In this document: positions 13,124 through 27,133 of the stretch, piece by piece
Layout of the letters: the number at the start of each line of letters is the position of its first letter
How positions within the stretch are numbered: the stretch's first letter is position 1
Assembly: GCA_951406725.2 (NCBI GenBank)
Contig: OX597818.1
Location: forward strand, 69,006,001-69,070,000
Direction: 5' to 3'
From: Octopus vulgaris
Lineage: Eukaryota
Length of the DNA: 64,000 nucleotides
Made by a program: the position numbers and the translations under genes
The notes under the pieces: generated by a model
The model's database searches: none
The model's input: only the letters and a program-made list of their open reading frames with translations
Told to the model about the DNA's origin: nothing

Positions 13124-13621
13124 ATAATCATTTCTTCTGGGTTTTCATTTCAGATCTAATAGGGATCACTTTGTTGTATTCTTTACAAATCAATCAATGA
13201 AGTCTATCCTTCTGGGGTCCTCTTCTTTGATGTGATCCTAACCAACGTTAGAAATTTGACCTTGAACTGAACCAAAAGAGATTCTTGATCCACATTTGGT
13301 AGAAATGCCTGTTCAATATCACTTCCATTGATTTTACTTTAAATTCACGGAAAGGGAATAAAAATATAAAGAATTTTACAGTGTTACTCAATGCAGATCG
13401 ATGTTCTTTGTGAATCCAGTCCCAATAAGGAAATGTGAATTGAGATGTCTGAGGAAATTAGACTTGAAATAAGGTCAGTACACATTCGGAACTCAAGTTT
13501 CAATTTACAATACATTGGTTCTTCATTGGAAAGTCTGAGAGAGTGTGTCTGTGTTTGCTTGTAACAATTAGGAAAAAAACATGGAACATGGTACCAACTC
13601 ATGTTTGGTCATGAGTAACAG

Positions 13622-13624
<3 letters not shown>

Positions 13625-13714
<90 letters not shown>
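13625..13714. repeat. Perfect (TG)n microsatellite
   Basis: About 45 uninterrupted TG units. Confidence 0.97.
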
Positions 13715-13718
<4 letters not shown>

Positions 13719-16034
13719 TTTGCATTTTGTTTCTATATATAAGACTAAAGCTGTCAGGATTCCCCTGGCTACCATCTGTGTCGTATGTTATGTCATCACA
13801 GTTTTGACCAAACTATCGAATGTTGTTATACACCACTGGTCACAATGTGCTTTGAATTGTTTTAACTTTCAAATGATGCCACCCAGCTGGTTTGTTAGAC
13901 AAACGAGCCAGTGTTGCCCCTGAACAGAAGGTAATTCATAGCAGGGTGGAACCCCTTTACATCTGAATGGACTGAAGCAATGTGAAGTGTAGTGGTTTGC
14001 TCAGGAACACAATGCACCACCTGGTCCCACAATTGAACCCATGATTTTGGCATGTTCATATCTCCATAACCTTGCAGTATGACAAAATGAGACTGACAGA
14101 ATAAATATCAGGCTTAAAAAACCAGAACTACTGGTGGCCAAGTCATTCAACTCAGAATTTGTCAAAGTAGCGCCCCAGAATGGCCGTAGTCTAAGGATTG
14201 ACATAATTACAATTATGCTGATTGAGCCAGGACGTTTTAGAATCCATTGATGTTGCTCCATCACAGAGATGGTAAGAGGATAGGAAAATTCACCGATTCA
14301 GTTTCTCCGTCAATCAAGATTTCCTTACAGCTGTCTGTTCTTCCAAGTAGCACAGGCATCAAAACCACTCTCAGCCAATTTGATCGCGCCATTATTTCAA
14401 GCAAGATTTGTAATTCCAAGATGTATTACTAAAATCAAAGCTTTATAAAACTGAGTCTCATGGTGCCTTTTTCAATATTTTTTTAAAACTTCACTAAGTA
14501 AATTAATTCTATTTCACTGGAAACCGAAACGAAATTCTAAGAACTTGCAGGCTTGGAGCTTATCTCACTAAATCGAAGAAATAGTGATGTTCAAACAAGG
14601 TGCAGATATATTTATACGTTTTCAAAAGGCATCAGTGATGTGAGCGAAATTATTTCAATTGAAGATCAAAACAGAATTTATGTATTCCTTTATTGTAGTT
14701 CCTGCTGTTCCCATCACAGACCATTTTACCAATTTTTGTAGAATTGATTAGGAAAATTAGATCTCGAAAGATTTCTAGCATTCCTCTAGGCACAATGATA
14801 ATTTCCTTTTATTACTGGAAGATTGCATTTTCAACATTGACTGAAAATTTGTTTGATTTCTTCAAAGTTGATTTTGTGAGGTTGAAACAGAAAATTTAGT
14901 GGGATTTTCAAGTAAGGAACAAAGAAACGTAAATGCCATGCAAAACGATTGTTTCTCTGCTGTTTGATCCATTAATCTCTTTCTACAAAAGCAAATAAGA
15001 ATAATTTTTTTTACAGAGACACAGAAAGCACACATTTGAAGAGCAAGCAGAGTTAGTTTCTTCAGTTTCAAAAGGATGACGAACAAAGTTTGCTGCAGAG
15101 GAATTTAAATTCAAGAAGATGCATAACAAAACAATTGTATCATCAAACCAGTGAGATATCAATTTTGTCATCCAGTTCGCTCAAATAAGAACAAAAATGA
15201 TTTTATTGGCAACAGGAACCTCACTCGTACAAAGCATTTTATAGAGAATGACAGCAAACCTGATAGTTTGCACATTTTGTATATGCAAGGTGAAAACCAG
15301 CAGCACCCAAAGAGCTCAAAGTGCTCCGAGGCATTAATCAACATTCATTCTTGGCATTTACTCTCTTCCATCTGTAATTTCAAACTAAAAAATCAAGAAT
15401 TGGCCATTCCACATGCATGGCTTTTTGTCACTTATATGTCTCTCATCAAATCTGCCTGATGGCACAACATTTTTCCCACCCCATATATAATAAGGGTATC
15501 TCATTTAGGCAAATAACAAGCAGTTTCGAATGGGCCAGGGTTAGCGTTAGTGTATAACATCCACCCCAATAATTGGCTTGTATTTTATCTTATTGAGTGA
15601 TAAACTCAGGTGCAACAGAATTTGAACTCAAGACATAAAGACCTGGAAGGGATGCTTCAATGATTTTTGTCTGATTTGCTGCAAATTCTGCCAGTCCACC
15701 CCACCACCCTTTGTCTTGCTTATGATACACAACTGTTTCTGATTATGGTAGAAGGCCAGCAATTTTGAGAGGCTAAGGTTAGGGAAATATTTTCACCCCA
15801 AGTATTTGACTGGAACTTTCTTTCATTAACCCCCTTAAGAATAAAACTCAAAGTCAACGTTGGTGGGATCTGAACTCACTTTAAGAAACCAGGAGAAGGC
15901 ATTTATTCCAATGCTTTTACCATTTTGCTAGTTTGTCCACATTAAGTCTTGTTATGATAAGGATTTCTGATTTAGGCTGAGGGCCAATGGTTTGATACCA
16001 GAAATAGACTGGGGATTTATTCTATCAACTGATG

Positions 16035-16330
16035 GTGTGTGGCTTAATGGTTAGAGTATTTGGATCACAATCATAAGGTGAAGGGTTCAATTCCCAGTGG
16101 CACATTATGTCCTTCAGCAAGACACTTTTATTTTCACAAAAATGAGTTTTACTTGAATTCCAAAGGGCCAGTCATGTCACATTCGGTATTATGCTGAACT
16201 CCCTCAAAACGACATTAAGAGTACACGTGTCCGTGAAGTACTCAGCCACTTGTCATGTTAATTTCACAAGCAGGCTGTTCCATTTATCAGATCCACTGGA
16301 ACACCTGTCTTCATAACTGACTGAAGCCCA
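16035..16330 (+). mobile_element. tRNA-derived SINE family C
   Basis: gtggcttaatggttagag A-box and ggttcaattccc B-box, with the body shared with the 51211 copy. Confidence 0.75.
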
Positions 16331-16619
16331 GTTTTTATTTAACCAAACACAAAAGAACCCCATGGGCTTGAACTCACGTTGTAAAAAACAATTTTACATA
16401 ATTCTACCAATGCTATTGCTGCCTTGAGTCTTCTTTTAATAGAGATTTCTAAATTAAAACGAAATTTGAGGAACCTCAGAATCTGACATGACCAACCAGT
16501 CGGGGATCGTCTCAGTTTCGTTGACTGTTACAAACCTTCTTTTAGAAACCATTCCAGGATTTGAAAGCAGAAGGACAAAAAGTTGCAAGTGAAGGCTACA
16601 GAGTGTTGAACTTCTCACC

Positions 16620-17000
16620 ACTTTTCTGTCCTTTACTTGTCTCAGTCAATAGACTGTGGCCATGCTGGGGCACTGCCTTGAAGAACTTTTAGTTCAATGA
16701 ACCATCCTCAGTACATTTTTTAAGCTTGGAACTTATTTTTATCAGTCTCTTTTGCTGAACTACTAAGTTACAAAGATGTAACCGTGGCAACACCAGTTGT
16801 TAAGCAGTAGTGGTGGTGACAAACACAGACACAGATACACACACACATGATGGGCTTCTTTCAGTTTCCCTCTACCAAATCCCCTCACAAGTCTTTGATC
16901 AGCTTGAGGTTATAAAAGATCACACTTGCCCAAGGTGCTATGCTGTGGGACTGAACCTGGAACCATGCGGTTGGGAAGCAAGCTTCTTACCACATGGCCA
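16620..17000 (-). mobile_element. SINE family A
   Basis: Reverse complement of the family A head, body and tail. Confidence 0.75.
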
Positions 17001-18179
17001 CCCCAACTCTCACCAATAGTCTGTCTACTATTTATCACCCTTCCATTAATAAGAGTGAAAAAAAAATGTTCATGAGATGTTGCAGTGACATTGTGAAATA
17101 ATTCTGGCAAATTAGAGAATGTTTTGATGAGAACATTTCTGTTGCTTTAAATGAAGTGAGTTGAGAGGAATTTTAATAATTGGAAACAAATGACATAACC
17201 ATTGTTAGGATTTATTTAACTCTTAATATTTGATTTATCCACTTTGAGCACATTTGTGCGAAAGAAAAATTCTAATTCTCAGGCAACGAATCTGATTCTA
17301 AGAATAAAAACAGAAAAAAAAAAATAATTGCTGTTATTGAAAACAAGCATTCATTTGAGATATATCATTGTATCTTTTTTATCCATTTCCTTTTCCTTTC
17401 ATGTGTGTGTGTGATTATTTTTACAGCCAGTAAAAGAATTTCAACATGACGTCTTCACGAATTTCACATTTAAATCATAAGTGTGAAAGTTTTTAAACAG
17501 TGAAGCTGAAACAAAAGTCAGAATTCTTTCCAAAGTGTGGAGCTAATGAATATAAGGAAAAAAACCCACACACACACACACATATATCAAATGCATTTTC
17601 TTCGGTGTATGTGTGAACTGTCTTCAGGCCAGACTTCTGAACAATCGACAAAATCAATGGTTTGTCAAGCATAGACTTCATTTTGAAATGCGTAAAAATC
17701 ACAAATGAGAAATTACTCACGAACATTTTTTTTGCTGCTCTTTTGAATTTTTTGTTCTTTAACCTGAATAGTAAATTAAACATGTGATAACTTTGAATGT
17801 AATTTATCCTTCAACAAGATTTTCAAGAACTTGAGTGTTTTTTGTTTTTTTCTCCTTGTGAACAGCAAATATTATGCATTTTGTCACAAATTGATGCAGC
17901 AGGGGGAAAAATATAGATAGAAAACACCACTGAAGGCAGACGGCATAAATTCCAAAGTAGATGTGGGATTAATTACGGAAAAACTGTCTTATCAGTCTCC
18001 TTTTTGTCACAGGGAGAGAAAATATCGTTTCCGAAGCGAACTTCGAAGTAAAAACATCCAAAATCAATAAAGAAAACTGCATCACATTTAACAACCCTGG
18101 CGTTATCAGGTTGGAATTGTGGTGCATAATATTTTCTAAGAGAGAGACTACATATTTGAAATATCAACGTACAAAATCA

Positions 18180-18367
18180 ATAATAATGATGATGATGATG
18201 ATGATGACGATGATGATGATGATGATGCTGATGTAATAATAACAACAACAATAATAATAAAAGCAACAACAAGGACAACAATGACGATGACAAGAGCAAC
18301 ATCAACAATAATAATAATAATAATAATAACAATAATAATAATAATAATGATAATAATAATAATAATG

Positions 18368-18410
<43 letters not shown>

Positions 18411-18424
18411 TAATAATAATAATA
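18180..18424. repeat. (GAT)n/(AAC)n/(AAT)n compound microsatellite
   Basis: Direct reading. Confidence 0.9.
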
Positions 18425-18844
18425 TCTACTTAAGTACTGTATAACAGAGCAATAAAATTTCCCAGATAATCACTGGAAACGAAAGAAATGCTTGAATGAG
18501 TTCACGCTGTCACAATAACTTCCATTTATCAGGATTGTGACAGTAACGTGCTTACGCCAAGGTTGCAAAGAATAGTTTAGTGAAGCAGTTAGTGTACAAA
18601 CCTTGTTCAAGATGCTGCATAGTTTTAAAAAGAAGAACAAAAAACGAGAAGGAAAGAATATTCCGATGCCAATAAACGATGGTAATGGGAATTCAATAGA
18701 TTCTGTAAGGAGCTGCAGTGAAATCGTGATACTTAAACAGCAGTCAGGCTGCAATATCTCTCGGCATGGAGATAATCTAACTAAAATAGATTCATTAATA
18801 ACAAGCATTTACTCATTCTGTTATCATAGGCTTAAAACATTTAG

Positions 18845-18916
<72 letters not shown>

Positions 18917-19199
18917 GCACATATGCATTCTTTGGATTTCTTTTTTTTAATGATTCAATTGACAAACTGATTCAGCTTACTTCTACTGTTAATTAACAAA
19001 CTTAAATTTAAGTTGCTTTTTTTTATTTAGAGGAAAATTTTGTGGATTCATTTCAAACTTTTTCTTTGGAATTAATATTGGGAACAAAAATTACTTTCTT
19101 TAACTTAAAATTCTCTCTCCTCCCCCTCCACACTCTCTCTCTCTCTCCCTCCCCATACATCGTTTTGTACACTTCCAAAATAAATCCTTCTTCTCTTGT

Positions 19200-19248
19200 T
19201 TCATCCTCATCCTCATCATCATCCTCATCGTTATCATTGTTGTCATCG

Positions 19249-19284
<36 letters not shown>

Positions 19285-19960
19285 CCATCATCAACAACAT
19301 CATCATCTTCATTAAACGTCCACTCTCCATACTGGCATGGCTTGGACAGGAGCTGACAAGACCAGGAACTGCACCAGCTTCCATTGTCTGCTTTGGTTTC
19401 TACAGCTGGATGTCTTTCTTAATGCCAACCACCCTGAGAGTATAGTGAGTGATGTTTACATGCCACCGGCACGAGGGCCAGTCAAGTGGTCCTGGCAATG
19501 ACCATGCTCATGCTGAAAAGGTGTTTTTACGTGCTACCTGCATGGGAGCCAGTCCGGCGGCACTGACAACAACCATGCTCAAATGTTATTTTTTACGTGC
19601 CACTGGAACATGGGCCGGTAAGGCAACGCTGGCAATGATCACACTCAAATAGTACTTTCCATGTGTCACTGGCGTGGGAGCCAATCTGTGGCCCTGGTAA
19701 CGATCATGCTCAGATGTGCTAACGTTCCACTGGCATGGGTGCCAATCAGGTGGTACTGTCATTGGCCACATCAGCGATTTTGGTTTGTTTACGCTTGCCT
19801 CAAAAGGGCTTCACAAGGAAAGTTCATTGTCCAATGAATGAGGAGTACCCATAAGTGGGCCTGTTACACCCCACATTCAGATGTGCTTAACGCTCCTCTG
19901 GCATGAGTGCCAATTAGGCGGTACTGTCGTCGAACACGTCAGTAATTCTGATTTTGATTT
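19200..19960 (-). mobile_element. RTE-3'UTR family copy with ~65-bp internal units and (CAT)n tail
   Basis: (CAT)n tract 19200-19312, then ttaaacgtccactctccatactggcatgg…ctacagctggatg… and at least 5 tgccac(c/t)ggca units. Confidence 0.7.
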
Positions 19961-20168
19961 CACTTAAATGAATGAAATAAAACAATAAATGCAGTAAAAT
20001 TATATATTTCATTGAATTAAATTTAAATTTACTTCCCTAAAGAAACTGAATAAATAAACTGGACTCCTGACAAGGTGGTCCTTTTTTATTTTACCTGAAA
20101 AGAATAGAAAACCAATATTGGGAGTTTTCCATATTCTATGATTTGTGACTTTAGCAAACAAAACAGGA

Positions 20169-20296
<128 letters not shown>

Positions 20297-22184
20297 AGAC
20301 ATGACATGGGGATCCTTCCAGACTGGACAAAGTAAAAGACTTGCGTATCTGTTTTTTTCTCTCTACATTACTTCATTATGCAACTGAAGACATCATCAGT
20401 GATTTTATCTCAAAGAAGTGGAGTTTCCTCTTGTTTTTGATCTTTCAACAATCAGACATCCTCACCCTTGATCAAGCCCAAATTTATCTTCCCAATCTAG
20501 GGACCATACCCACTGATCCCAAGTCACTTCAGAGGAATTCCTGCTTCCCTGATGCCTTCTGCCTCTGTAGTAGATTTTGCTAACCTTAGGTTTTTAATGA
20601 AATAAGGAATTTCCAAAGTAAAAAACTTATTTTAGACTTCAAAAACTCTTTATCAGAATCACAATATCTTTCTCAAAATAAAGCAGCACTTTGTGAAAAA
20701 TTCCACAAGTTTAATGATATGATTGTTTCCTTAAGGTGCAACAGGGAAAGAACCCATGTTGGTGCTGTGAATAAAGCCTCCATTCTGGTTCCACATTGAA
20801 AGCAGTCATGATGGTGCCACATAAAAAGCACTCAGTACCCTCTGTAAAATGGTTGGCATTAGGAAGAGCATGCGACCCTAGAGACCATGCCAAGACAGAC
20901 AATTAAAGCCTGGTGCAGTTCTGCAGCTGGCCAGCTCCTGTCAAACTGTCCAACCCATGCCAGCATGGAAAATGGATGTTGACAACGATGACAATGATGA
21001 CAATGATGACAATGGCAACAATGATGATAATGATAATGATGATAATGATGATAATAATAAATTGTTTGGTTAAAGAATTTAGAATAAAGTTTTTTACTCA
21101 AATGATGAAATCAATAATTAACTTCATTTAGAAAGAATTTTGACTTCACATAATTTTTATATTTTCTGTCGTATCTCATTCTGTTTCTAAGTTATTTGCC
21201 TTTAGAAGATATGTTTGGAACTCTGTTGGCATTACCCAAAAACATCATCACTTCATACCATTATTATCAAGATATTAAAAGTGGAAAGTTATCTAGACAT
21301 CTCACTAGAGTTCTGCAAGATAAAATCAACTCTTAGCAATTCTAGTAAATACATTATTCTGCCTCTTAGTCTAAGAATCCTCAACAAATGCAGTCTAAAT
21401 GTCTTAAAACTTTGAATATTTATTACTTTTGTACCTTCAACTATTTATTGATTTCAATTCAAACTAAATTAGAATTCTAAGAGATGCTTACAGCTATTAC
21501 TTTAGCAATGAATTTATTTTCTGAATTTCCGTCTTTCTTACTCTCTTTCTTTCTTTCTTTCCTGCTTTCTTTCTTTCTTTATTTCTTTCTTTCTTTCTTT
21601 CTGTCTTTCTTTCTTTCTTTTTTTTTAAGTCTCATGCCATGAAGCTTGCAAGGTTTTATTAGGAATATATAGTGGTCAACCTGAGGCTATGGGGGGAAGA
21701 CACTCTCGATGCTTTGCAGAAGGATCGACTCAGGAAGTGTCTTTCTTAACCATATGTTCGTGCTTGTATGAATTTTACTTTATTCCTTACTTTACATTTA
21801 TAAAAATTATATTCAAATGTAAGATAAAGATTAAAATGAATATAATTATAACAGCCAAGATTGTGTGTTTAAGGTGTTTGATTATAGCTTCATGGTTCCT
21901 GGTTCAATCCCAGTACACTTCACTACATGCTAAGTGTCTTCTACAATAGACTTGGTCTTAGATCTTTCATTATCAGAGCCATCAGTGCATTGGGGAGAAT
22001 GTCTCTTGGTATTTGTTCTAACAGTTTGTGCTCTGTGTTTAAATCGCACTGAAGTCAGCATTGCTTTTCGTCTCTCCAAGGTCAATAAGAGCAAAGTACC
22101 AGTCAGATACTGGGGACTGTGGCACTGACTTACTCTTCCCCACAAAAAAAAAAATTGCTGACCTTATGTCAAAATCAGGAACTG

Positions 22185-22470
22185 TGTATGAAATGAGATC
22201 ATTGGAGAACAAAGCTGGATGAACGATGATGTGATTTGTAGAATACTGAAAGTAGAAGCCCTGTTGGCCCCGACATGTCACAGGTTCCCAGACAACAGGT
22301 AGACTCATGCAGTTGCCAAGTGATCTCCAAGAAATGGGAAGAGGTCATTTGGAAGGCCTACATGAAGATAGGAAGATGATTGGGTCAAGATGGAAAAGAA
22401 TGGTTCAACCAAGACAGAATTGGAAGTGCACTGTGACCAGTGGTGTATAACAGCATCTGATGGTCTGGTT
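22185..22470 (+). mobile_element. Degenerate RTE-clade LINE 3' end
   Basis: Translates with stops and a frameshift to W.RHV..FPDNR*THAVAK*SPRNGKRSFGRPT*R*EDD, the RTE C-terminal W.GHV.R…KR..GRP..RW.D motif. Confidence 0.6.
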
Positions 22471-22512
22471 GATGCTGCAATGAATAATTTCAAAGGAGTT
22501 TAATCTTGATTA

Positions 22513-23796
22513 CAAGGCAGGCTGAAACATTTACAGGCTGACTATAAAAGAGTGATGCTGGAGTTGTGAAATCTTGCATTCATTAATTCCAACTCTTCTT
22601 ATTTGTAACTGCATCGTTTCCTTCCAGATATGTAAACTGATATCTGACCGTTCAAAGAAGACTTCAAAACTAACTAGTAACAACTTCTCGTGAAAAGGAA
22701 CAGAATCTGACATTTTTATGTTATTGAGTACCCACGAAAGGAAGGTTCAGCTCCACCCAAGAACATACATACTGACATGGTTGCTACATTAGCAGATCAT
22801 ATTCCAGTTTTATCAAAAGTGCAAAAGTGGGCAGCTGAATTTAGGAGGGGAAGGGAGAGTCTTGAAGATGACCCAAGGTCAGGACATCCTACAACTGCCA
22901 CCACCGAGGAAAACATTGATCATGTTCACCACATGGTGATGGATAAACCAAATAGCCAAAGCTGTTAGCATATACTATGGGAGAGTTCAGAATATTCTGC
23001 TCAATGAACTTGGCACAATGAAGATTTTCTGTTCAGTAGGTACCACATCTTCCACCCCAAAAGCACACTGGGCTGATCACATCATGGGACAATCTGACAT
23101 TGCTTGAGGCAGGGCCAACTGGTTTCCTCAAATATTTACTGAACCAGGATGAGCGTTGGCTACGTAACTTTGAGCCAGAAACAAAGAGACAATCCATGAA
23201 GGGGTAACACCCCTCCTCACCTGCTCCAAAGAAGGCCACAGTCATCTTTTCATCTGCAGGGAAAGTGATGGCCTCAGTGTTTTGGAATGCAAAAGGCATA
23301 GTGTTCATTGACTGTCTTCAAAAGGGCCACACCATCAATGGAGAGTATTGTGCCAACTTAGCAAAGCAGTTACGAAAGGCTATCAAGACCAACACCCAGA
23401 AAAACTGGCGAAAGGGTCTTGTTTCATCAGCTCAATGCTCCAACACACAAGTCCTTACTTTCAAAAGCTGCTGCTGTGCATGACTATGGCTTTGAACTGG
23501 TTGACCACCCTCACTGTTCTCCTGCTTTGGCCCCCATCTGACGCTCATCTTTCTCTAATATGACAAAACACTTGGCTGGGAACCAGTGTCACAAGTGAGA
23601 TGACATCATGTCTGCTGTTGATGAGTTTCTTTATCAACAGGATGAAAGCTTCTTCACCAATGGGATCTAAACACTGCAATACAGACAGAAGAAGTGTGTG
23701 GACAGCAAGAGGGGACTGTATTGATAACTACACATCATTTAGTCACGTTCCATGAGAGTATCTTAGTCAGCCTAAGAACTCTTCAGCCAAGCCTCA
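22513..23796 (+). mobile_element. Full-length decayed mariner transposon (~1.28 kb)
   Basis: TA at 22511-22512 and 23797-23798. Degenerate TIRs caaggcaggctgaaacatttacaggctgacta / tagtcagcctaagaactcttcagccaagcctca. Transposase remnants WAAEFRRGRESLEDDPRSG, SAGKVMASVFWNAKGIVFID…TINGEY, and a degenerate YSPDLAPSD. Confidence 0.9.
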
Positions 23797-24154
23797 TATA
23801 ACTTGAATCATCCAGTGTTATGAACGAAATTTGCTTCTAACTTTGGCATTTCATTAAATATTTGTAGCAGAGGGATTATCAAGAGGATTATCAAACAGTA
23901 ATGTTATCCGCTACCTAGCAGGATTAATATTCATTAATAAATTAATTAATTGTTCCACTATTCGGAAAGCAAAAGCCATCTGTAATAAGAATCATTGGCA
24001 GGGAGATAATCTTCACATTTCCAATGCAATTCTTCGAATTCTTTTATTCAGGATGTTTTATAACAATATTAAACAAGCTGTAAAATTGAAGACTGCAAAG
24101 CAATGTTAGTCTGTATGGGACTTGAACTCAAAACTTAAACAGTGGAAGTAGTAT

Positions 24155-24560
24155 GGGCATGGGGTAAGAATGGTGCTTCCCAACTACAGGATTTGAGGTT
24201 CAGTCCCATTGCTTGGCACCTTGGGCGAGCGTCTTCTATTATAGCCTTTGGCTGACCAAAGTCTTGAGTAGATTTAACAGATGGAGACTTAAAGAAGCTC
24301 ATTGTATAAGTATGTGTGTGTATTTGTGTGTGTGTGTGTGTGTGTGTATGTTTATTTTTGTGTGTTTTTTTCCCACTACATTTTGACAACCTATGGTGGT
24401 TTGTTTATATCTCCATAACATAGCAGTTTACAAATGAGACTGATAGAATAACTACCAAGTTTCAAAAATAGGTACTAGGATCGATTCCTTCGACTAAAAT
24501 TCTTCGATGCAGTGCCCCAGCATGGCCACAGTCTAATGACTGACACAAGTAAAAGAAAAA
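24155..24560 (+). mobile_element. SINE family A
   Basis: Head, (TG) core and tail as in other copies. Further copies at 25450-25800 (+), 25810-25955 (-), 34045-34200 (-) and 35835-36150 (-). Confidence 0.75.
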
Positions 24561-24979
24561 TGGCAAACTAAATACAGCAGGGTGTTTTGTTTGATGCTAG
24601 AATGAAGCTGCCAATTCTATGAATTCTGTTGATTAAAATATTTTAAATGTTTTAATTATGTAAATTTATTCAAACAAAATATTATTGACTGAAAGAAGAA
24701 AAAGATACTTTCATTTTAAAAGCACGTTTAATACAAAGAAAGAAAAACCATCATCATCATCATCATCATTATTGCTGTCTTCACTAAACATCCAGAGGGT
24801 GGTGAGCTGACAGAATCTTTAGCATGCCAAGCAAAATTCTTAGCAACATTTAGTCTATCTTCAAATTCTGGCAAGGTTGACTTTGCCTTTCATCCTTTCA
24901 GGGTCGATAAATTAAGTACCAGTTGTGTACTGGGGTTGAATACTGCTGCGTTCATTAAGACAATCCATGGATTGCAAAA

Positions 24980-25122
24980 TAGTTTTTATATCCAGCATGT
25001 TGTAGGGCACAGTTGTGGAATCCTGCATACTGATGAAATAAATCCTTAGTAGCAGGGAGTGAGGAAATCTGGTATGAAGCACTTTCCAAATAGATTTAGG
25101 GACAGAGGTAGGGGATTATATG
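24980..25122 (-). pseudogene. Probable Penelope-like element RT thumb-region fragment
   Basis: Minus strand reads …PSVPKSI… then, after a frameshift, ISSLPATKDLFHQYAGFHNCALQHAGYK. This resembles the PLE HPPS…RIS.LSS….F……Y..AL..AGY motif. Confidence 0.5.
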
Positions 25123-25127
25123 TACAC

Positions 25128-25312
25128 ACATGAGTGGGTGCTGAAAAGTTCCTGGTTCTGGGTAAAAGAAAACACAGGAAGATCAGTTAATTATGATTTT
25201 ATCCATCATATTCCCCTCTCACGTTCAAACACTTATTGCAGTGGTCCTTCAGCTTTTCTAAGCCCTGTAAAAGAACTTGGAAGGTTGGGCCTCCAACCAG
25301 GCCTTTCAAAAT
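25128..25312 (-). mobile_element. Mariner 3'-end fragment with TIR
   Basis: Minus ORF ends QGLEKLKDHCNKCLNVRGEYDG*, the mariner C-terminal G..KL..RW.KC….G.Y motif. TIR-like tgagtgggtgctgaaaagttcctgg. Confidence 0.75.
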
Positions 25313-25326
25313 TCCCTTAAAGCCAG

Positions 25327-25367
<41 letters not shown>

Positions 25368-26796
25368 ACACATACACACACACACGCACACATATATATG
25401 TATACATATATATATATAGAAGGAGAGAGAGACAGACACAGACATGGCTATGCAGCAAGAATGGCTCCAGGTTCAATCCCACTGCTGGGCACTTTGGGCA
25501 AGTGTCTTTTACATTAGCCTCAGGCTGACCAGAGCCTTCTGAGAATTTGGTAAATGGAAACTGAAAGAAGATCACTATATATATATATACACACACACAT
25601 ATATATGTCTCTCTGTGTATTATCTGTACCCTGCCACAACTTGACAACCAATGTTTATTTGTTTACGTCCCTGTAACTTAGCAGTTTGTCAAAAAGTGAC
25701 TGACAAAATAAATATCAGGCTTTTAAAAATATAAGTTGTAAGATTGATTCATTCAATGAAAATTCCTTAAGGTGGTGCCCCAGAATGGCCACAATCACAA
25801 GAGACATGTAAAAGGATTTCTTTCAGTTTCCAATCAATAAATCCATTCACAAGCCTTTGGATTATTGATTGATTCAGATTTATAGTAGAAGACATGAAAC
25901 TTGTCCAAGTTGGCATGCAGTGTGACAGAACCTGGCACCACATGGTTGGGAAACCCATTCTCTATTGGTACTCTATTGGTACTCTGTTGGTACTCTGTTG
26001 CTACTCTTATAATTATTTTCATTTATTTGTTGATATATTTTAATGAGATATGTATCTATAAGAAATTCTACAAACAGACACCTTTGCAACCTATTTATAG
26101 CAAAACTTTCAACAAATATATTTCTTCACATTCTCCAAGACTCAGCTGAAATCCTGCTATGAATGTCTCTTTGTTATTCAATATTCCCACCAATTCATTT
26201 TTTCTTCTTCAACCCTTCTTTCAACACATTCCTTCCATGACAAATGCTATTTAGTGGCTCTGCAGTTACTGCAAATATGAACCTAATTGGTTCTTGAATA
26301 TCCTGGTCGTCTTTTGCAGTTAAAATAAGCCAAACTAATTCTGCTTAGGTAAGTGGGATGATGTGGGGGAAGGTTACTTTGCAAGGAAAAGAAATATAAC
26401 TCCATTTCTAGCTCCAGGTTTACCGTTCTTTAGGGTAAGTAAAAGATGATTTTGACCATCAGAAGGAAAAAATAAAGTCCTGTTTTGCAGTCTGTTCTTC
26501 TAATTCATCCTCATTTAACATCCATTTTCATGCTGGCATGGGTTGGACGGTTTTCCATAGAGCTGACCAGTTGAGAGCTGTCCACACTCCAATTGTCTCT
26601 GTTGTGGCAAGATTTCTATGGCAACTAGTTCGCAGAGTATGCTGGGTGAGTTTTACATTCCACCAGTACAGGTGGGCTGATGCAGAACCAGTAAAGGTGA
26701 CTTTTATGGACGTATGTGTGTGTGTAGATATATATATATATATACACACACACTCACATATAAATATATATATATATATTTATATATGTATGTGTA

Positions 26797-26829
<33 letters not shown>

Positions 26830-27133
26830 AATACATATATGTATGCACTGGCAAAAATAAATTTAAGACTGATGATAAAAGTTCTATTTTTTACTAAATA
26901 TTTTGTTACTAACACCATACAAATTATTTTTATCTTTTACACCTTATGCAGAATTTATTTCTCTTTCGAATGCTGCAGACAATATCTATTTTTATACAAC
27001 TTGAAGAATTCTAATGCTAAATTAATATAAACATTTCAAATTTACCAGTAAAATTAGTTTAATACCGTATCATTATGATTTTATTTAAAGCTTAAGATTG
27101 TAGCAAAAAGGAGCAACAAGAACGAAATACATA

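Noticed and set aside
25027-25077. CTGATGA…GAAA on the plus strand
   Set aside because: No stem III or UH triplet; better explained as the antisense of the PLE-like RT fragment.
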